64,000 bases of DNA from Protoeuglena noctilucae (lineage: Eukaryota), in the NCBI GenBank assembly GCA_958009085.1, contig OY253670.1, positions 434,001 through 498,000 of the forward strand, read 5' to 3'. A program made the translations under genes and the position numbers. Below the pieces are notes generated by a model, which ran no database searches, was not told where the DNA came from, and saw only the letters and a program-made list of their open reading frames with translations. Shown here one piece after another: positions 25,620-36,756 of this stretch (the stretch's first letter is position 1; each line of letters opens with the position of its first letter).

Positions 25620-28600
25620 ATGAGCCCCGCAAATCGCAGCCCGGCGGGGCCGCCGAGCTTCGTGAAGGCGCCCACCGACAAGAAGGAGGCGAGGCTCGCG
25701 CCTGCCTGCTTCCTCAGATCCCGGGCCGAGCTCTGTGCGCGAGATTGACCATTTTCATGCGATCGCAGTATCGCCTCACGCGGCTGCCGAACGGGATGCT
25801 GGCCATCCTCGTGCACGACCCCGAGATCGTCCTTTCCGAGGAAGGGGAGGACGGGGCCGGAGAACGGCGTCCGACGGATGATCGGAGCATGCGATCTGCA
25901 CCGCTGTCAGAGGCGAGGAGGAGCCTGCGCACCCGCCCACGGCGCATCGCCTCGTGCCGTGCCTCGCAGATCCCGCGCTCGTCTCAACCGCAGGCTGAGG
26001 ACGGGGAGAGCATGAGCGAGGAGGAGGATGATGACAACGAAGAGGACGGCGAGGGCTCGGGCGGGGAGGGCAGCCCTCTCGGGTCGCTGGAAGGGGGCGA
26101 GTCGAGCGAGGAGGGGGAGGCGGCCCGCGCCCTCCGCACGCACCCCGCGGGCGCTGCGCAGGGAGAAAAGCGCGCTGCGGCTGCGGTGTCGGTCGGGATC
26201 GGCTCCTTCAGCGACCCGCAGGACCTCCCGGGGCTCAGCCACCTGCTGGAGCACATGCTGGTGATGCGCGCTTGCGAATCCAGAAACCCGCCCTCTCTTT
26301 GCGTTGCGTCACGCATTTTCTACCAAAGTATTATTCCCGCAAACGCTCTCCGCGCACCGTCGTCGCGAGCCGCGCAGCGCAGGTCCCGACTGCAGCTTCC
26401 CTGTGATCGCAGTTCATGGGCAGCGAGCGCTTCCCGGAGGAGAACGAGTACGACCAGTTCCTCCAAATGCACGGTGGCTCGAGCAACGCGTTCACGGACG
26501 CCGAGATGACGACGTATTACTTCGAAGTGCGGCCCGCCTACCTCCGCGGCGCTCTCGAAGTCTTTGCCGGCTTCTTCACGGGGCCGCTGCTGAAGGAGAC
26601 GTCGATTGAGCGCGAAGTGGAGGCGGTCGACAACGAGTTCGCGCTCAGCCAGCAGTCGGACACGGCGCGGCTGGGGCAGGTGCGTGCTTGCAGCGATGGG
26701 CGTAGGGTGGCAGGGTGCGTGCAGCGTATGCCGGGCGTCCACGTATTGTGAACTAGCGCATCCTCATTCGCAGATGGCGTGCTCTTCGGCGGTCCCGGGC
26801 CACACCTACGGCAACTTTTCCTGGGGCGACAAGCGCTCTCTGTGGGACGGCCCGCGGTCGCGGGGCATCGACGTTCGGGCCCGGGTGCTGGACCACTACC
26901 TCACGCACTACGGAGCGGAGCGCATGACGTTGGTGCTGCTGGGTGGGCAGAGTTTGGACGAACTGGAGGGATGGGCCAAGGAGTTGTTCGCCGCCACGCC
27001 CGGGTGAGAGGGAGTGGCCTGGCGCGATTAAGGGCAATGATGCAAGGGTGGGATGCTGACCCTTGGTAAGTATGGACGCACGTTCTCACTCGGGTGATTG
27101 GCATTGCACTAGCATGTGCAATGCCGTGATGACATCATGTCACCTCACACGTACCATCTCTTCTGACCCAACCACCACTAGGTGTGAGCTCTAACTGACG
27201 CATGATCACCATAGATCCCGCTCTTCCCGTGCCACGCAGCAGCAAGGGCCCCCGCCCCTCCTTCCGTGATGCGGGGATGCCCTTCGCCGACCCGCCCCTC
27301 ATGTTTCTGGCGCCGAGCGTCAAGACGCAGCACGTGCTGGGACGTGAGTGTCTTCGCTGTGTTGTGTGTGCTTGAGGGTGGTGTTGTGTGTTCAAGGGGC
27401 TGCGTTGTGCTTTGTAATTGGATGCAGTTGGCCAACCAAATTGCAGTGACTATCTAAGCAGCCACTAACCGAATGTCACCATCGCCGTGATCCGCAGTGC
27501 TGTTCCAGCTCCCCCCCCTGATCGACAGGTACCGGTGCAAGGCCGAGGACTACGTGTCCCATCTGGTGGGGCACGAGGGGAAGGGGTCGCTGGTGAGTGG
27601 GGTGTGAGATGGGGAGGTATGAAGGGATCTGAACATTAACAAGTGGAGAGTGGGGAGTGAGATGGTGGGGCACGAGGGGAAGGGGTGTTGGTGAGTGTGT
27701 GAGTGAGATGAATGGGGCACGAGGGGAAGGGATCGCTGGTGGGAGGCGGGTGGCTGCAAGCATGGGATGGGAAAAGAGGAATTGCCATTTGACATTGTCG
27801 CATAGCAATGCATGAACTTACCATACCACGTCCTTCGCACCTCCCTTCTCCCCCAATCCATACCTGTAACTCGACCCATCCCCTTGCCTACGCCTCCCTC
27901 CCTCGCAGCTCTCTGCCCTGAAGGCGCGCGGCCTGGCCACAGCTCTGGCGGCGGGGGTGGAGCTGAGCGGGGAGAACAAGAACACGGCTTACTCGCTCTT
28001 TACCATCCACGTCACGCTGGTGAGTGTGACTGCTACTGTTAGTGTTACTGCGTCATGATGTGGCTGTGCCTGGACCCTCTTCACCGTCCACGTCACGCTC
28101 GTGAGGGAGAGTGGGGTGGTGATGGGTGATGTGAAGATGTGACTGCGCTCAGGCGTCCCATCTCGTTGTCAAATATCTCATATCTATCAAATTTCATAGC
28201 ATTTTATCTCACATCACATCCCCTACCCCCCAGACGGACGCGGGCGTGTCTGACATGGGCGCTGCGGCGACCGAGCTCGTGTTTGGGTACATACGCATGC
28301 TAACTGAGGGCGGTCCCGAGAAGTGGGTGTGGGAGGAGCTGCGGGCGGTGTCTGAGATGCGGTTCCGATACGCAGAGGCGAGTTGGTTACTATAAATATG
28401 GGCAGTATTGATGGTGTTTGGTAGCATGGTGGTTGGTGTCCGAGATTCGGTTCCGATATGCGGAGGTGAGTGGAATACTGGGGATGGGCGATTGGTGGTA
28501 CCGTAGCCGTTGATAACTGACTTATATGTTATATGGATGTATCATGCCAACAAATAGATAATATCTATTTGTTAGTAACTAGAATATTGACACGGTAATA

Positions 28601-28752
28601 ACTCACATGAGTCCCCCCTCCCCCCTCGCTTTTCAGGAGGAGTTTGCGGGTGATTTGGTGCTGAGCCTGGCGGTCAATGCCCACCTGTACCCCCCCCACC
28701 ACGCGCTCTACGGAGATTACGCGTACGAGGAGTACGACGAGCAGCTGATACG
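25620..28752 (+). CDS. Nardilysin-like / insulinase family M16A metallopeptidase, N-terminal half only (runs into the assembly gap)
   Basis: VKAPTDKKE|YRLTRLPNGMLAILVHDP, then an acidic insertion (EEEDDDNEED), then KRAAAAVSVGIGSFSDPQDLPGLSHLLEHML|FMGSERFPEENEY with the HxxEH zinc motif, and later HLVGHEGKGSL. Confidence 0.9.
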
Positions 28753-28846
28753 GTGAGACTGGCTGTCATTATTACTATATGCATGATCGTATCATTGCAT
28801 GATATATGTATGACTGATCCGTGATCTCGACAACCCCTCCCCTCTT

Positions 28847-29046
28847 NNNNNNNNNNNNNNNNNNNNNNNNNNNNNNNNNNNNNNNNNNNNNNNNNNNNNN
28901 NNNNNNNNNNNNNNNNNNNNNNNNNNNNNNNNNNNNNNNNNNNNNNNNNNNNNNNNNNNNNNNNNNNNNNNNNNNNNNNNNNNNNNNNNNNNNNNNNNNN
29001 NNNNNNNNNNNNNNNNNNNNNNNNNNNNNNNNNNNNNNNNNNNNNN
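28847..29046. other. Assembly gap (200 N)
   Basis: Run of N. The genes on both sides are incomplete. Confidence 1.
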
Positions 29047-29319
29047 TTTTGATATTAGAAGTGTTTGGGAGTGTGTTGAGGCTCATGGTCACTGCTACTA
29101 TGGGTCAGCAGCTATGGGGGGGAGAAATGGCAAGTGTCATGAAATCACACATAGATATCCATAGTTATATATAGAAATCCATAATAAATACCACATTTCC
29201 GATCACCTTGGGGTGTTCCCGGAAGTTCTCGGGATCCCTGGGGTAGCCTCACCATGTACTCACACACAGATACCCATAACAATTATATCAATTACAATTA
29301 TACTGATATTTCCAGTCAC

Positions 29320-32300
29320 CTTAGGGTGTTCCCGGAAGTTCTCCGGGTCCCGGGGGTAGGGCCACCGGAAGGGCTGCGGGTGGGGATACCACCCCCTCAT
29401 CCTGGCATCTCCCTCCGCCAGAGTGCCGGGCAGCGGGTCCGGCGCCGCCCTCCGTTCGTGCTCCGCCATCATGGATCGTGCTGTGCCGTACGGGTCCGAC
29501 TGCGACATCACGTTCGCCATCAGAGCACGTTGCGGGTTCCAGGTCTCCCACAAATCGCGGGCCGCGCGGCCGCCTGGGGGGGTTAAGAGGAGATGAGTGA
29601 GCGGGGTGGTGAGTGTGGTTGGGGTGGGGAGTGTTGGGTGGTGAGTGAGTGAGTGAGTGAGTGAGTGAGTGAGTGAGTGAGTGAGTGAGTGAGTGAGTGA
29701 GTGAGTGAGTGAGTGAGTGAGTGAGTGAGTGAGTGAGTGAGTGAGTGAGTGAGTGAGTGAGTGAGTGAGTGATTGAGTGAGTGAGTGAGTGAGTGAGTGA
29801 GTGAGTGGGGTGGTGAGTGTGGGTGACGCATAAGTTGCTAATCGGGGTGTTGATATGGTCACATCGCCCCTACCCGTGCCCAATGCATCCCATCCACACA
29901 AACCCCACCCCCCTGACCACACCCCCTCCCCCTTCAACCCCACTCACGTGTCGCCTCCGCCTCCCGCATTCTCTCCCAATTAACCTCCTCCCACCGCACC
30001 CCACGCCTACGCTCCTCCCTCGCAGCCCTCTCAGCTTCATAAGCAAGGTTGCATGGCGGTATGTACGGATTGCGCAGCTCAGGGAACGACACCGTTCCCC
30101 CAGAGTCCTCCCCGCCCACCCCCGCGTCCCCGGTAACTCGCCGCCCTTCCCCGGACTCCTCCACAGCTCTCGAAACGCGGCGGGAGCTGGGCCGCATGGA
30201 CCGACGCTGTTTACTGACGCCTGCGTCAGTCCACCCCACCACGTCCTCCCTCGTCAGCTCCCCGCCAAACTTCTTATACACCATATCGATCATCTCTCCG
30301 GTAGGGAATAGCCTCAGGTCCTCGGCCTGTCGGGTAAAGTCGGCGGTTGTCAGCGCGTGCAATCGTCGCATTCCCTCGCGACACTTGTCGCGCACGCGAC
30401 CGGTGGAGAAGGTGCCTGCCTCTGCCACGATGCGGGACAGGGGGGCGCGGAGCTTGACCTGGGGTTAGGGGGGGTTAGGGGGGGTTAGGGGGGGTTGGGG
30501 TGGGGGGGGGTGGGGGTGGGGGTATGACTTATGATTGCATGGTGGGATCGCGCGTGTGCATGCGTGGGCATGAGAGGGCGCGTGGCAGCATGCACGCACG
30601 CACCACTCGCATCGCACATCATCAATGCTAGTATCACTCCCATCGCACATTGCTACGATCACACAGTATAATTCCCATCCATAACCCCACGCGTCATCCC
30701 CTCGCCTGCTCGACGTGAATCCCGAACGACGCGAATATCCGGTCCGAAAAAGAGAGCAGCTTCGACCACAGCGCCTTCCGCGGCCTCTTGCAAGCGTCCG
30801 ATGCGTCCTCTGCAATCGCGCACTCGCACAGATACGACATCTGCTGCATCCACCCTTCCGCTAAACCCTCGACGAAAATGATGCGGGTGGAGCCGTCGAT
30901 GACCTGCGTAGCTCATCAAACGGGATTAGTAACATAGTCGAATTGGTCAACATCTCAGTGGCTGGATCAGTCACGGGGTGTGTGGGGTGCAGGTTGTGAC
31001 CAGGTCCAGCTCTACCGTGTTACTTACTTTTGTTATTACATATCTCAATCATAAATTATATGTATATAATAACAAACCACCCCTCGTATATCACCTGGCA
31101 CGCGGTGAGCAGGTCCAGCTCCGGATTGGCCGCCTCGTCCTCGGTGATCTTTCGCGTGGCCATGACTTGCATGGTGTGCTGCGATACCTGAGTCAGGTCG
31201 TATCGGTGCTGCAGTCTTTCTAATTGGGTCATCGATTGCAGCTCCTCGTATTCCTCCATCAGCCGAGAGCGCTCGTCCTGGTGGGGGGGGGGGGGGGGGG
31301 ATTTCTAATATTTAATATCTGCTATCTAAACTCTTATGTTTCTATATTAGAGATGGGGATGAGAGGGGTGGATGGGGTGAGGAGCGTGATGTGGATGGAG
31401 GGGAGTGGGGATGAGACATGGGGATGATAGATATGGATGGGAGGTGGTACAATCGAGAGAAGTGATGCTATCGCATCGACTGTTATTTTGCTATCTCTGT
31501 ATTAGCCCCTCACCATGACTGCCCCATGTACCGTTCCATGTACCCCAATACTATCGCATCAATTGTATCTATGTTATGAAAAATATAATATTTTCCATAT
31601 CTCATATCTCATATCCTCACCATGACTGCCAGGTATCGTTCCATGGCCTCGCTGGGCCGGCTCGCTTGCTTGGACTGACTGCGGCGGTGGGCGGCTGTGA
31701 GAAGGAGGGGGGGATGGGCAATGAGCTTGCAATAACAGTTTGTAACAGCTGTAGTTGTCACGAGAGTGCATCGACATCCCGTATGTTATCATGATGGCGC
31801 ATCAACATCACATTTGCTTTTATCAATCATCATAAAACTCACTGGCCGTCCTTGCCCCCAGTGCCCTCCCCTCTGATGCCTTGCCACCCTCCTCCTCTCC
31901 CCCCTGCTTGTCGGGCTCCGGCTCTGCTTGGGAATGATAGAATTGATATGTGTGGATAATCCACTTATATCCAAGATGTTGAATGGGTGGCAGTGAGGGT
32001 GGCAGCGGGGGTGGCAGTGAGGGTGCGGGTGCCGATACCGGCAAGCCATCTCTGTCATTAATATTAATGAGTATATGAGTTGTTATAGCACACATAGACA
32101 GTCGCATTATATCACAGCCACTCACCCGGCGGCAGCTCCGGCAGCTCGGGTGGCTCTGGGTCGTGGATGGGGTTCTCGACCAATCCCATAGTGATGGCAT
32201 TGAGCACTTTGATGGTGCGCTCCACTCTGTGAAAGGGGGTGAGTGATTGCATGTGAGAGTGAGAGTGAGGGGTCCTTTCTGGTCCATTCGTTACCGGTTG

Positions 32301-33023
32301 TAACTCTCGGAATGCATAATAATATCAATGACCAACTTGCCTGTGCAGCAGCTCCGTATCCTTGTGGTCCATGATGAACACCGCGCGCTGGAAGGGCGTG
32401 CGCGTGGCCGACACGGTCGTCTCTTGCACCTTGTATGCGCTGCGAACGTCCAGTTTCAAAAAACTCTGCGATTCCAGATATCGCCCCGGCCGGGTCTTCC
32501 AGTCCAGCCCAGCGGCGGCGCGGACGTTGGTGCCTGGGGGGGGGGGGGTTGAAGGGGCGGGGGATGTGGATGGGGTGGGGGTGGATGGGTGGTGGATGGC
32601 ACCAAGCTCATATCACATCACTTATTTCAAACCATCCACTCACACCCCCTCTCTCACTCGGCACCAGGTTCACCCTCATCCACACCCGCGTCTTCCAGCA
32701 TCCTTGCATCACATATCACAAAACATCACTAACATCACATCCATATCACCCCACCCCCCTCACTCACCCGGCACCAGGTTGACCCTCGTCCACACCCTCG
32801 TCTTCCTCGTCAGATCCGCCAGCGCCCACGTCGCTCTCCCATACACCTGGTCCTCCTCCCCCTCAGCCTCCTCCTCTAATCCCTCGATTACTACGCGGTG
32901 CTCGGGGGGGGGCACGACCACGTTGGGCTCCTCCACCACCACCACGCGGTCAAACACGTCCAGGTGCACGACCTGAGAGAGGAGAAGTGGTTGGTTGATT
33001 GGATGAATAGTTGATTGATTAAC

Positions 33024-33074
<51 letters not shown>

Positions 33075-36040
33075 ATCGTTTGGATGTGATGCGATCGAAG
33101 ACGTCCAGGTGCGCGACCTGGGAGGGGGTGTTAAGAGGGGGATATTTAATTGATGTATATATTGTACTGTGTTTGGTGTCATGCGGTCAAACACGCGCGT
33201 CCTTAACAAACCGCATGCCTTCCACCCTCACCCACACACCACAACCCCCCCCCCCCCCCCCCCCCCTCACCTCCGTCCTCGCCACCATCCTCAGCCTCTC
33301 CGGGTCCATATCCCCCAGCAGCGCCACCGCACATCCCTCGAAATGCACGGTGCGGTGGTTGGGCGATCCCGGCATGTCGCCCGCCGTCCACGGCTCGGCC
33401 CACCCGCGGCACACGAAGGGGCGATCCGAGAAGGGCAGCCGGAATCGAACCTCTACCTGAGAATAGGGAGAAGAGGGTGGTTGTTAAGTGGTGAGTGTTA
33501 GAGATGTTATTTATTGCCATCCCTTCACACAGCTGGCGCCCCCGTTCCAATTCACACCATCACCCATCCCCCATCCCCCATACATCATCACTCGCCTTGT
33601 CGCACAGCTCGTCCAGCTGCTGCATCGTGGCAGGCGCGTCCGGCAGATCCTTCGCCAGCACCGGCCGCAACACCATCGGATTGAACATCTTGGCCAATCC
33701 CACCGGCAACAACGGGCGGGGCGATCCCGGCACATTCCCCACCGTTGTTACCCCACCGCCATCCCCGCTCTTCTGTGACGCCACCCCATGTGCCGCCGCC
33801 CCCGCATCCCGCCCCTCTCTCTTCCCCTTCCCCTCCACATGCCGCACCGCCACCCGCACCGTCACACGCAGCAGCTCCGGAACAGCGGCGAAGGAAGGGG
33901 GCAGCGGGGCGAGCGGCGACATCGGCAAAGTGCGCGACACCTCGGTTTCTTGCACCAGCAGGTCTGCCAGATCGATGTCGAGATGCACTTTGCCGTCCGT
34001 CGCGCGATAGGAGGCGGGGCCGACCGGGGGTACCTGCCCCGGCTGCCCCGCGGCTGTTTGGATGACGGGGGAGAGCGTGAGGGTGAAGCGGTGCCGGCCG
34101 TCGCGCTCTGCCAGGGCAAAGAGGAGATTCGCATCCACCTGAAGGGGGGGTGGGGTTGGGGGGGAAGATGAGAGGGAGAGGGCGGGTGTAGAGGGGTGGT
34201 GGGTGGTGTTGACACGTGGTGTAGTATGATGGATGTATATGATCGAAAGATAATCGACACTATCGACAGCTATTATAGACATCGATCGAGCATTCTGCAC
34301 CAACCCTCTCTCCCACCCTCACCTCGATCTCCACAACAACATCCCCACATCAACCACCACCCCCCCCCCTCTCCCCCATTCACTCACCTTGATCTCCGTG
34401 GTCACTTCCCCCCTTAAACACGAACGTCTTCTCTCCCACCCTCACTCACCTTAATCTCCATAACATCCTCCCCACACCAAACACTAACCCCCCTCTCCCA
34501 CCCCACTCACCTTGATCTCTGTCGCAACTTTCCCTTTGAACACGAACGTCCTCTCCCTCGCCGGTCTCTTCCGATCCCTCACGATGCTGCCCCCGGGCCT
34601 GGCCACGTCCACAGTGGGGTCGCCGGAGGTGGCCATCATCGCGCGCTTGGAGGGGGTGGAGCGGAAACTTGGGGAGGCGTCGCGGTCCACTTGCACGGGG
34701 ACCTCCCTGCGTGTTTGTGTGTATGAGGGAGAGGGAGATGACATATATGCATAGGGAGGGATGGGGGCGGCGGTGGCAGTGGCGGTGGTGGCAGTGGGGG
34801 TGGAAATGGCAGTGGTGGTACACACAGAGAGGGTGAAGTTGCACAGCCAACCAAGACTCACAGCGCACAATGGCGGGGCTGTAGACCACATCACGATACC
34901 ACACACAGTATCGCCACATCACGATATCACTGACACGCCCCCCGCCCCCTCACCTGACTCCCCACATCACCTCAGTCCCCACATCACCTCAGTCCCCACA
35001 TCACTCGTGATACAATGTGCTGACATGCTCGCATTGCATCAGTGTCCCTCACCGGATCGACAGCGCCGCGCTAGGGCCACAAGCGACCGAGCATCGACCC
35101 CGATGAAGTCACTACAGCATCACACTATCACATCACGATATCACTCACGATATCGCCGCATCACGATATCACGCATCGCACCTCCCATCCCCCCTCACCG
35201 GATCGACAGCGCCGCCCCTGGCCCGGGCGGGAAGTGCTCCAAGCACTGCGCCGCGCCCGTTGATACCGGCTTGCTCTTGGAACTCGGGTCCTTGTCGAGT
35301 GCCAGAAACGTCAGTTCCGACGACCACCCCGTCTCGGGATTGACCTCCCAGTCTTGCGGGGGGGGCGGGGCCTTGGGTGCGCCTTTCGTCGCCTTGCCCG
35401 TTGGAGCAGGGGCGTCGGCCGGGGGGGTCTCTGCAAGCAGAAAAGGATGGGGGGGACAATTGCGATGATGATTGCGATTGCAACTGTGCATGGGGATGGT
35501 GAATGGCGATGTTGCATGGCGATGGTGATGGTCGCACTGGTCGGTGCGGCGGAGTAATGTTTGGCATAATAATTATGCATGGCTATGATAGGGATGAGCA
35601 GGTCGAGTGATATGCATTATATCAGACCCGCATGTCGCATGTCGCACACGATAGAAGAGCGCGCCGATTGAGCATGGTCATTGAGCATTGTCGCACCTGG
35701 CCGGAAGACGCGGTGGGCGATGACGTCGCGCACTTCGCACTCGTACGACACGTGCAGCTGCACCGTGTCCTCCATGGGACCCTCCGGAATGCGGTCGTCG
35801 AGGCGGTCGCGGCGCCGCGCGGTCCCCGGGCGCCCGCTGCCCCCGCGGGTGCCTCCCCGGGTCCCCGGCTTGCTCGACGCGGGCCGGCTGCCCCTGAAAA
35901 CAACAAAACGGCATGGAGATAGGTTATACAAACGCGCAGGTATCGTGTAATCGCCGGGAGGTGACAAAGAGGCGCCGCGCGGGGCTGGAAACGGCGACGC
36001 TGCGGAAGTGCGCTCACTTTTCCGACGTCTGGGCGGACAT
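29320..36040 (-). CDS. CFAP92: Cilia/flagella-associated protein 92 (FAP92)-like, multi-exon, 3' end lost in the gap
   Basis: Spliced C-terminal region FQRAVFIMDHKDTELL...ELDLLTACQ|VIDGSTRIIFVEGLAEGWM...FSDRIFASFGIHVEQ|VKLRAPL...RVRDKCREGMRRL...LFPTGEMIDMVYKKFGGELTRED fits the CFAP92 conserved region. Probable start MSAQTSEK at 36040. Confidence 0.75.
29641..29806. repeat. (GTGA)n / (TCAC)n microsatellite in a CFAP92 intron
   Basis: About 40 tandem tetramers with one interruption. Confidence 0.97.
33011..33072. repeat. (GATT)n microsatellite in a CFAP92 intron
   Basis: Directly visible. Confidence 0.95.
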
Positions 36041-36756
36041 GGCCCCTTCTCCGTCGCTTCAGTCGGCTATCCAGCCCTGCGAGACACGGTTTGGCGGAGA
36101 TTCATGAATAGCAAGCACGAGACGGGGGCGGGAAGCGTGTGGCATCTGCCTTTCAGCGACGTGCTGGGCCCGAGGTCGCCGGGAGGACACCAATGAGCAA
36201 CCCATCCGTTACATACGCATGGAGATATCGGAACGGGTCGGAGCCATCCGTTGCTCCGCCGCGCCAGGCCCTCCCCGGCCCCGTCGCCTGGCCGCACCTG
36301 TCCACCGTCAACGGCGGGCTCCCGTGGCGATCCCAGCCATTCGGGAACGCCGCTACGCTTTGCAGAGTCGAAAAGAGCCGCTCCGGTCAGGATGGGCTCC
36401 GGTCTCTGCTTGCTCGCTGCGAAAAGCCGCGCGCAATGCACTGCAGAGCCCAAACCACACGGGGCGGCGACCGGCGTGCGCGGCTACCCTGCGTGGAGTT
36501 CTGAGAACGTCTCCGTGGTTGGGGCAACGGAACTGTCTTGATTGGGTTGAGAAACGCGCACTCACTGGCGGCGTAAAAAGCGCAGGATGGACTCGACGGT
36601 CACACGCAGCCGCAACCCTTTAAAACGCTCATGCCTGCTGCAACAGACCCGTGCTTTCATCGACACCCTCGCTTCAGCCGCAGCTGTTGCCACCCTTGGA
36701 CTTGCCACGCATCTCGACGTCTTCCTGGGCAGGAATATCAAAGAAGCCACGCTTGG

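Noticed and set aside
30461..30490. (GGGGTTAGGG)x3 as interstitial telomeric repeat
   Set aside because: The period is 10 nt rather than contiguous TTAGGG. On the sense (-) strand it is a C-rich tract with CTAAC branch-point-like motifs directly before a CFAP92 acceptor.
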